Source: Helicobacteraceae bacterium (GTDB taxonomy: Bacteria > Campylobacterota > Campylobacteria > Campylobacterales > Sulfurimonadaceae). Taken from it: a stretch of DNA of 64,000 nucleotides. A program made the position numbers and the translations under genes. This document shows, piece by piece, positions 57,632-64,000 of this stretch (position 1 is its first letter; the number at the start of each line of letters is the position of its first letter). The notes below the pieces were generated by a model that saw nothing but the letters and a program-made list of their open reading frames with translations, was not told the DNA's origin and made no database searches. The stretch is taken from positions 489-64,488 of the forward strand of contig WTBY01000033.1 in NCBI GenBank assembly GCA_013138865.1, in the 5' to 3' direction.

Positions 57632-59308
57632 ATGTATAATACTATAAATAACAAAAATTCAAGGTATATTTTGAACTCAGCAATTTTAAAATTTTTTATT
57701 CTCCTTTACTTATTTATGCAAACTGCAACTGCAGTAGACTTTATTGGTAAATATACAGTTGTTCTATGCTCTACTCAAAACTTAGAAAATACAAAAGCCT
57801 TTATAAAGAGTAAAATAGACAAAGCAAATACTGACATATACATATTCAAAAATAAAAATAGATTTTTAACAACCTTTGGATCATTTGACTCACAAGAGCA
57901 TGCAAAAGAGTTTAAAAAGTCACTACCACCAACTCTTCAAGAGCTTAACCCTTATGTTTTTACATTCGATAAAATTTTACTTCCTGCTCAAAACCCATCT
58001 ACTGATGCACCAAAATATTCACTAGCAATCTCTAATTTGCAAAATTTAAAAAATGCTGATGATTTTCTTCAACAAAACCTTCCAAGTCCAATAGCAAACA
58101 TATATGTATTTAAAACTAGAGAGAATAGGTTTATTACTACTTATGGTTCATTTAATAGTGCTGATGAGGCTAGCGCTTTTAGAAGTAAACTACCACCAGC
58201 TCTTTTAGCTAAAAATCCTTATGCAAAACAGATCATTGGTTCAAAACAGATTACTGCACTTGTACAAGTATTTCCATTTATACAGCCAAATGATAATAAA
58301 CTAGTTAAAATTTTACGTTTTAAATATAAAAAAGAACGTAACCTTAGAAAAAAACCAATTAGAAGATCACAACCTACAAGAGCAATGCAACCAAAGCCCA
58401 CTCCTACAACACTAAAGAGAACAGTAATACCAATAATTGCTAATACAACTCCCCAAGCACCTGTTGTAAATAGAGTACAACAAGTTACAAAAAAAGAACA
58501 GATTATACTTGCAAAGCCCGTTCAACAAAGTGAAGTTATTACCATAACTAAAGTAAAACCTCAAGTTGATAATCAACTTTTTACTATTAAAATTAAACGT
58601 AAGAACAAAGCAATAGAGACAAAGTTAGCAAAAAAAGATAGCAAAATCAAATTTAAACTAGCTCTTGCCTATACACCTATGTCACTTGATTCTTCGTTCT
58701 CATATGGAACTAATAATCCTGTAATATCAACCAAAAATACATTAGGACTTAATAGTGAATCAGGAGTACTTATTCCAACATTTGCTATTTCAAAAGCTGA
58801 TCATAGCATTTATCTAACTTACATAGGCAATAACTATAGTGCTACTAAAACTAATACGACTGCTTTTACACTTATGAATCAATCATATGCAGTTGGCGAT
58901 CAGATTTCTAGCCTTGTAGATACTAAGTGGTTTAACTTAGGCTATAAGTACACTATAGGAAACTTTAAAGTTGGTGCTGGTTATCATATGTACTCTCAAA
59001 GTTTTAAAATAACCTCTGCTACTGCAAATACTGATATTAATGCAAACTATAACTTTTTATCTACAAGTGTAGACTATAACTATGACGTTAAGTATGTTAT
59101 GTTAAATATTGGACTTAAGTATGGAACAGATATGTCTGATCTTGGTTATTATGACTACTACTTAAGTGTTAGTAAATATTTAGAAGAGCTTTATGGATCA
59201 ACTATTTCGTTTGGCTTTGCACAACAGCACTTTAATCTAGTAGATACAAACTATAAAGGTGACATAGACTATGCTGGTTTTTACCTAAAAATTAGTAAAG
59301 AGTTTTAA
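57632..59308 (+). CDS. secreted protein with two SPOR-like repeats and a C-terminal beta-barrel-like domain
   Basis: Signal peptide. Internal duplication (YIFKNKNRFLTTFGSFDSQEHAKEFKKSLPP / YVFKTRENRFITTYGSFNSADEASAFRSKLPP). Basic linker. Alternating-hydrophobic C-terminal region ending in Phe. The true start may be the TTG at 57671. Confidence 0.55.
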   Translation: MYNTINNKNSRYILNSAILKFFILLYLFMQTATAVDFIGKYTVVLCSTQNLENTKAFIKSKIDKANTDIYIFKNKNRFLTTFGSFDSQEHAKEFKKSLPPTLQELNPYVFTFDKILLPAQNPSTDAPKYSLAISNLQNLKNADDFLQQNLPSPIANIYVFKTRENRFITTYGSFNSADEASAFRSKLPPALLAKNPYAKQIIGSKQITALVQVFPFIQPNDNKLVKILRFKYKKERNLRKKPIRRSQPTRAMQPKPTPTTLKRTVIPIIANTTPQAPVVNRVQQVTKKEQIILAKPVQQSEVITITKVKPQVDNQLFTIKIKRKNKAIETKLAKKDSKIKFKLALAYTPMSLDSSFSYGTNNPVISTKNTLGLNSESGVLIPTFAISKADHSIYLTYIGNNYSATKTNTTAFTLMNQSYAVGDQISSLVDTKWFNLGYKYTIGNFKVGAGYHMYSQSFKITSATANTDINANYNFLSTSVDYNYDVKYVMLNIGLKYGTDMSDLGYYDYYLSVSKYLEELYGSTISFGFAQQHFNLVDTNYKGDIDYAGFYLKISKEF

Positions 59309-59314
59309 GACTAT

Positions 59315-60106
59315 ATGAAATTAAACAAGCAAGTAAACCTTTTAACAATTAGTCTTAAAGATTTTACTAATCCTAAAATTATACGTATTGCTATATTGCC
59401 TTTCATTGTTACTTCTATAGTAATGTATTTACTATTTTTCACAGTTGCAAACAAGACTATAGAAGCACTTGGGAACTCAACTATTCAAACAACCTCTAGT
59501 TCAAGTTATGTAGATCAAAATGGCTATACTCATACTGAAAAAGTAGATGAGACATATAGTGGTAGCTCTATTATTGACTTTTTAATGAAACATGCAATTA
59601 CATCTTATTTGATAAGTTTTTTTGTATACACAGTTGGTAGTTTTTTAATACTACTACTCTCAATTTTTATCTCGATCATTGTCATAGGCTTTTTAACACC
59701 GCATATATTAGGTATTATTCAAAAAGAGCATTATCCTCAGATAGAGTTTAAAGGGTTTGGTAATATTTTCATATCACTCCTTTACTTACTGAAAACTTTT
59801 ATAGTTATGATACTACTATTTTTACTCCTTACTCCACTTTACTTTATACCGCTAATAAATATGGTTGTTATAAACTTACCATTTTGGTACTTCTTTCATA
59901 AGTTACTAATTTTTGATGTAGGTTCAACTCTAAACACTAAAGAAGAGTATGACCAAATAGTTTATTTTAATTCTAGTTCATTAAAGCTAAAAACACTCTC
60001 ACTATACTTACTCTCTTTAGTACCTTTTGTAATTTTATTTACATCTGTCTTTTATATAGTTTACATAGGACATAGCTTTTTTAATGAGAGCAAAAAACTA
60101 AGATAA
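59315..60106 (+). CDS. polytopic membrane protein, family uncertain
   Basis: 263 aa with about five TM helices. Confidence 0.5.
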   Translation: MKLNKQVNLLTISLKDFTNPKIIRIAILPFIVTSIVMYLLFFTVANKTIEALGNSTIQTTSSSSYVDQNGYTHTEKVDETYSGSSIIDFLMKHAITSYLISFFVYTVGSFLILLLSIFISIIVIGFLTPHILGIIQKEHYPQIEFKGFGNIFISLLYLLKTFIVMILLFLLLTPLYFIPLINMVVINLPFWYFFHKLLIFDVGSTLNTKEEYDQIVYFNSSSLKLKTLSLYLLSLVPFVILFTSVFYIVYIGHSFFNESKKLR

Positions 60107-60166
60107 AAAGTATTTTATAAAGTTATAAATGCTAAAGTGTTTTATAAAATAAAAAAGGTTATATAA

Positions 60167-60439
60167 ATGAATAAAATTTTAACAGCTTCACTAATAGCTT
60201 CAAGCCTATTTGTAATAACTGCTCAAGCACATGAAAATGCTTCTAAAAGATGTACTGAATCAAAAGAGTATGCTAAAAGATATAAAAAAGATATCTTAAA
60301 TAGTACTAAGCGCTTTGTTGAGTGTATTAATTCTAAAGAGCAAGGTAAAGACTGCTTTTACGAGTTTAATAGAATTCAAGCACCTCTGAATGAGCTAGGA
60401 AAGACTATTCCAAGCATTAAAGCTCACTGTCCAAGATAA
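60167..60439 (+). CDS. small secreted Cys-containing protein
   Basis: 90 aa with a signal peptide (cleavage after AQA) and four Cys. Confidence 0.45.
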   Translation: MNKILTASLIASSLFVITAQAHENASKRCTESKEYAKRYKKDILNSTKRFVECINSKEQGKDCFYEFNRIQAPLNELGKTIPSIKAHCPR

Positions 60440-60451
60440 ACTAAATAGTTT

Positions 60452-60468
60452 ATGCCCATAAAGGGCAT
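60452..60468 (+). terminator. hairpin ATGCCC-ATAAA-GGGCAT followed by TTT
   Basis: It begins 13 nt after the preceding stop. The T-tract is short, so the call is weak. Confidence 0.35.
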
Positions 60469-60579
60469 TTTAGCTAAGAGTGTTCAATAGTCTGTGTCAG
60501 TGTCAAGTAATCCATAAACCACGGTAGAATTTAACAACGTCTTTCATGCCACCTTTAAAAAAACTTCTGAAATTGGAAA

Positions 60580-60993
60580 ATGTATAAAATGAAAAAAAAT
60601 GTATTAATTTTATGTACTGGTAATAGTTGTCGCTCTATTATGGCTGAAGCATTAATAAACGCTAAGTTAGGTGATTGTATTCAAGCACAAAGCTCTGGTG
60701 TTAAAGCGAACGGAACTGTAAATCCAAATGCACAAGCTCTTTTGCAAAAGAGAGGTTACTGGAAAGATGAGTATCACTCTAAAGTAATTGAAAGCGTTAT
60801 AAACAGACCATTTGACTTAATAGTTACAGTTTGCGATCATGCAAAAGAGACCTGCCCTATATTTGCTAAGGCTACAAAAACTATACATATAAGTTTTGAT
60901 GATCCATCTAACAAAGCAGTAGAAGAGTATGAAAAAACATTAAATTTAATTGAAAAAGAACTACTGCCAATGCTCAAAGAGGAACTTTGCTAA
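60580..60993 (+). CDS. arsC: thioredoxin-coupled arsenate reductase (LMW-PTP family)
   Basis: CTGNSCRS P-loop (CX5R) and a second Cys pair VCDHAKETC, spaced as in pI258-type ArsC. The start could instead be the ATG at 60589. Confidence 0.8.
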   Translation: MYKMKKNVLILCTGNSCRSIMAEALINAKLGDCIQAQSSGVKANGTVNPNAQALLQKRGYWKDEYHSKVIESVINRPFDLIVTVCDHAKETCPIFAKATKTIHISFDDPSNKAVEEYEKTLNLIEKELLPMLKEELC

Positions 60994-61938
60994 ATGTGGT
61001 ATGAATACTCAAAAGAATTTATCTATAATATAGTAGAACTTGATGGTAAGTTAGCCGATGCTACTCACTTTTTTATATACGACACTATAAAGATTTGGTT
61101 TTTACTTATTACAATTATTTTTATAGTCTCATTTTTAAGGACTTGGGTAAATACAGAATATGTTCGTGCTCATCTTCAAGGTAAGTCATCACTTTATGGA
61201 CATGTAGGTGCTTCACTATTTGGAATTATCACACCATTTTGTTCATGTAGTGCTATTCCACTTTTTTTAGGGTTTATACAAGCCCGTATTCCCGTTGGCG
61301 TTACTTTTAGTTATCTTATCTCAGCTCCCATGAATAATGAGATCGCAATTGCAATGCTCTTTGGACTCTTTGGGTTCAAAGTGACCGCTATTTATATTGG
61401 TTTTGGTCTTTTAGTAGCAATACTTGGTGGTTACTTCATAGGTAAGATGGGAATGGAAAAAGAGATTTTAATGGACATAAAGCCAATTGATACTGATCTT
61501 GAAGCTAGCCTTACAAAGCTTTCTATTAAAGAGAGATCTAAAGAAGCTTGGGATTATACATATGATATTTTCAAAAAGATTTATCTTTATGTGCTTGTAG
61601 GAGTTGGTGTTGGTGCATGGATACATGGGTATATTCCAACAGACTTTATAGCTCGCTATACTGGTGAAGGAAATCCATTTGCAGTTATAATAGCTGTTCT
61701 GATGGGTATTCCAATGTATTCTAATGCGGCAGGAGTTATGCCTTTAGTAGAGGTGTTAACATCTAAAGGAATGCTACTAGGAACTGCACTTAGCTTTATG
61801 ATGGCAGTTACAGCTTTGAGTCTACCAGAAGCATTAATACTTAAAAAAATAATTTCTCTTAAACTCATAGGTATATTTTTCACAATTGTTGGAAGCGGAA
61901 TTATTGCAATCGGATATTTATTTAATTTAATACTATAA
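60994..61938 (+). CDS. arsP: ArsP-like permease (DUF318 family)
   Basis: About 8 TM helices with the conserved vicinal-Cys motif TPFCSCSAIPLF. Immediately follows arsC. Confidence 0.65.
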   Translation: MWYEYSKEFIYNIVELDGKLADATHFFIYDTIKIWFLLITIIFIVSFLRTWVNTEYVRAHLQGKSSLYGHVGASLFGIITPFCSCSAIPLFLGFIQARIPVGVTFSYLISAPMNNEIAIAMLFGLFGFKVTAIYIGFGLLVAILGGYFIGKMGMEKEILMDIKPIDTDLEASLTKLSIKERSKEAWDYTYDIFKKIYLYVLVGVGVGAWIHGYIPTDFIARYTGEGNPFAVIIAVLMGIPMYSNAAGVMPLVEVLTSKGMLLGTALSFMMAVTALSLPEALILKKIISLKLIGIFFTIVGSGIIAIGYLFNLIL

Positions 61939-61947
61939 GGAATAAAA

Positions 61948-62181
61948 ATGAAAATAGAAGTTTTAGGAACAGGTTGTCCAAAATGCATCACTTTAGAGAG
62001 AGTTGTCAAAGAGGCAGTTGCAAAGAGTGGTAAGTTTGCTCAGGTTGAAAAAGTAGACGATATTATGAAAATAATGGAGTACCAAGTAGTAAGTACTCCT
62101 GGACTTGTTATAAATGGGAAAGTAGTTAGTACTGGTAAAGTTTTGAGTGTAAATGAAGTAGTAGCACTTATAAATGAGTAA
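61948..62181 (+). CDS. thioredoxin-fold redox-active disulfide protein 2 family
   Basis: 77 aa starting MKIEVLGTGCPKC. This is a typical partner of DUF318 permeases. Confidence 0.75.
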   Translation: MKIEVLGTGCPKCITLERVVKEAVAKSGKFAQVEKVDDIMKIMEYQVVSTPGLVINGKVVSTGKVLSVNEVVALINE

Positions 62182-62454
62182 ATTTGTAAGAAACTGTTTT
62201 AGCACTTCTTGAATCAAACTCACTGTTCGCTCTTGGTGTTATGATAAGCTTCTCAATTTTAGGTTTCATTGTAGCAAAGTTTGGTGGCTTTTTCTCAATA
62301 GCACCTATCTGGGCATATATTTTGGCTGCAATCTTTAGTATAATAATTGGTCTATATGCTTGGGGTATCTTTGGTTCAATAGATAAATCATCAATAATGA
62401 TAAGGCTTATAATTTTAAGAGTTGTACCCACTTAGTTGTGGGTCACAATAGATA

Positions 62455-62913
62455 TTACGCAACTGGTATGTAAGCATATCCTCTATTTTGCCACTTTATA
62501 AGTCCATAGTACTTATTTACAATAGGTGTAACTTCTTTAAATAGTGACTTTGCAGTTATATTTCTAGCAGCCATACCTTTAGAACATATTTCAAAAACTA
62601 CATCGTAATTTTCTATTAACTCTTTTATAGCAGTATGAGTTTTATGCTGTTGTTCACCATAAAGAGACTTTTCATTTTTAAAAGGTGAGTTCTCTAGATC
62701 TTCTATAAAATATTTATATGCACTTCCAGAGATCACAACTGTAACTTTTAATTGCTCGTTCTCTTTTTTAAATGTTGTATGCAAAAATTTAATGTTCTTA
62801 AACACTCTTTTTTCTATTGTTTTTATTTTACCACTTGTTAAGTCAAAGACAACTTTTTGCACTCCTGCAAAAAGAGTTAAGTTTAGTAAAATTATTAAAA
62901 GTAAAATTTTCAT
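62455..62913 (-). CDS. secreted DsrE-like family protein
   Basis: Signal peptide. Layout (VVFDLTSG..., VVISGSA..., FEICSKGM) resembles the DsrE/COG1416 fold. Confidence 0.45.
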   Translation of the reverse strand: MKILLLIILLNLTLFAGVQKVVFDLTSGKIKTIEKRVFKNIKFLHTTFKKENEQLKVTVVISGSAYKYFIEDLENSPFKNEKSLYGEQQHKTHTAIKELIENYDVVFEICSKGMAARNITAKSLFKEVTPIVNKYYGLIKWQNRGYAYIPVA

Positions 62914-62921
62914 CTATTATC

Positions 62922-64000
62922 CTAATAATTCACAGCTACTTTGTAAGTAGGATCATCCTCTTCGTAAGAACAATATGGTGCAGCTTTTTTCAAAATAGCT
63001 TTACAGTCTGCACTTAAGTGACGAAGTAAAATTTGTCTCCCACTATCTTCATACTTACCTATTAGGTTGTCAATAGCTTCAACTCCACTACTGTCCATTA
63101 CACGAGTATTTTTAAAGTCTATAACAATTTTTGGAGGATCATTTCTTAGATCAAAATTATCATGAAACGTTGTTGCACTTGCAAAAAATAGTGGGCCATC
63201 AAGTTCATAAACTTTAGTTCCATCATTTTCAGTATGATCTCTAGCTATAATTTTTGCATGTTCCCAAGCAAAAACAAGAGCAGAAATAATAACACCTGAA
63301 ATAACCGCGATCGCAAGGTCAAACACTACAGTAATAATAGTTACTACAACCATAACAAATGCATCACTCTTAGGCATAGTTTTTAAATGAGAAAAACTTG
63401 ACCACTCAAAAGTTCCAATACTTACCATAAACATAATACCAACAAGAACAGCAACAGGAATAACATTTAAAACATCAGTAAGAGAGACTACAAGAATCAT
63501 AAGACCAACAGCTGCAACAAATGAACTTAAACGTCCAAGACCACCTGAGCTAAAGTTAATGATTGATTGACCAATCATTGCACAACCTGCCATTCCACCG
63601 AAAAAACCACAAGTAACATTACCAGTTCCTTGAGCTATACACTCTTTGTTACCACTACCACGAATTCCACTCATCTCATCTAAAACAGTTAGAGTTAAAA
63701 GTGACTCTATTAGTCCTACAAGAGCAACAAGAACAGCGTAAGGTAATACAACAAAAAATGCATCCATAGAAAATAGTGTTGTAGGGATACCAAAAGATGG
63801 TAGTTGTCCTTGAAACTGAGAAAGATCCGTTAGTGAACCTACAAGAAGAGTATTAAAATCTAAAAGATATACAGCTAACGTTAAGCCAACGATCGCAACT
63901 AAACCAGAAGGAATAGCTTTAGTAACTTTAGGTAAAGAGTACATAATAGCCATAGTAACTAATACAAGTACATACATCATAGCACCCTGCCCCTCAAAAA
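62922..64000 (-). CDS. SulP-family anion permease, C-terminal part with STAS domain (5' end outside window)
   Basis: TM core plus C-terminal STAS (LDGPLFFASATTF, VIDFKNTRVMDSSGVEAI). The frame stays open upstream of the listed Met to the window edge. Confidence 0.85.
   Translation of the reverse strand, partial: FEGQGAMMYVLVLVTMAIMYSLPKVTKAIPSGLVAIVGLTLAVYLLDFNTLLVGSLTDLSQFQGQLPSFGIPTTLFSMDAFFVVLPYAVLVALVGLIESLLTLTVLDEMSGIRGSGNKECIAQGTGNVTCGFFGGMAGCAMIGQSIINFSSGGLGRLSSFVAAVGLMILVVSLTDVLNVIPVAVLVGIMFMVSIGTFEWSSFSHLKTMPKSDAFVMVVVTIITVVFDLAIAVISGVIISALVFAWEHAKIIARDHTENDGTKVYELDGPLFFASATTFHDNFDLRNDPPKIVIDFKNTRVMDSSGVEAIDNLIGKYEDSGRQILLRHLSADCKAILKKAAPYCSYEEDDPTYKVAVNY

Noticed and set aside
62241-62435. 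64-aa hydrophobic ORF after the thioredoxin-like gene, as a bona fide gene
   Set aside because: There is no Shine-Dalgarno sequence and no recognisable family. An equally long antisense ORF covers the same DNA. I mention it only as a possible remnant.

Overview
AT-rich (about one third GC by eye), densely coding chromosomal segment. Gene content and synteny look like Campylobacterota (epsilonproteobacteria): lysC-hobA-holB-folP, rpsO next to Rrf2-flhA, flgA-ubiX, plus fumC, purH, mutS2, dnaJ, ung, kdsB and pfkA. I saw no rRNA, tRNA, CRISPR array, IS element or integrase. The main feature is a 17-gene, same-strand, tightly spaced block of about 15 kb (38152-53075, minus strand). It encodes a complete chemosensory pathway that appears built for a cytoplasmic (non-membrane) receptor array. 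Components are a standalone Aer/CetB-like PAS protein, a soluble MCP with two signalling hairpin tips 300 aa apart (DosM-like), a triple-CheW protein, CheB, a HEAT-repeat protein, CheR, two CheY and a 932-aa CheA. These are followed by two tandem CheW paralogs that each carry a CZB zinc-binding domain inserted inside the CheW fold, a ParA-like ATPase, and five proteins without assignable function (a small 89-aa protein upstream of ParA, and a receiver fused to an unknown domain plus three hypotheticals downstream). Three other observations stand out. First, the cyanobacterial-type HIP1 palindrome GCGATCGC and its core CGATCG are strongly over-represented, mostly in frame as Ala-Ile-Ala. Second, a 127-nt imperfect palindrome in a 479-bp intergenic gap wraps the ribosome-binding site of a 19-codon hydrophobic ORF that has its own -10 box and terminator (type I toxin-like, or a MITE/ERIC-like element). 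Third, the window opens with the C-terminal end of a HEPN-like (RNxxxH) ORF and a repeat-bearing non-coding stretch. All functional calls come from reading the supplied translations for motifs. No database search was run.
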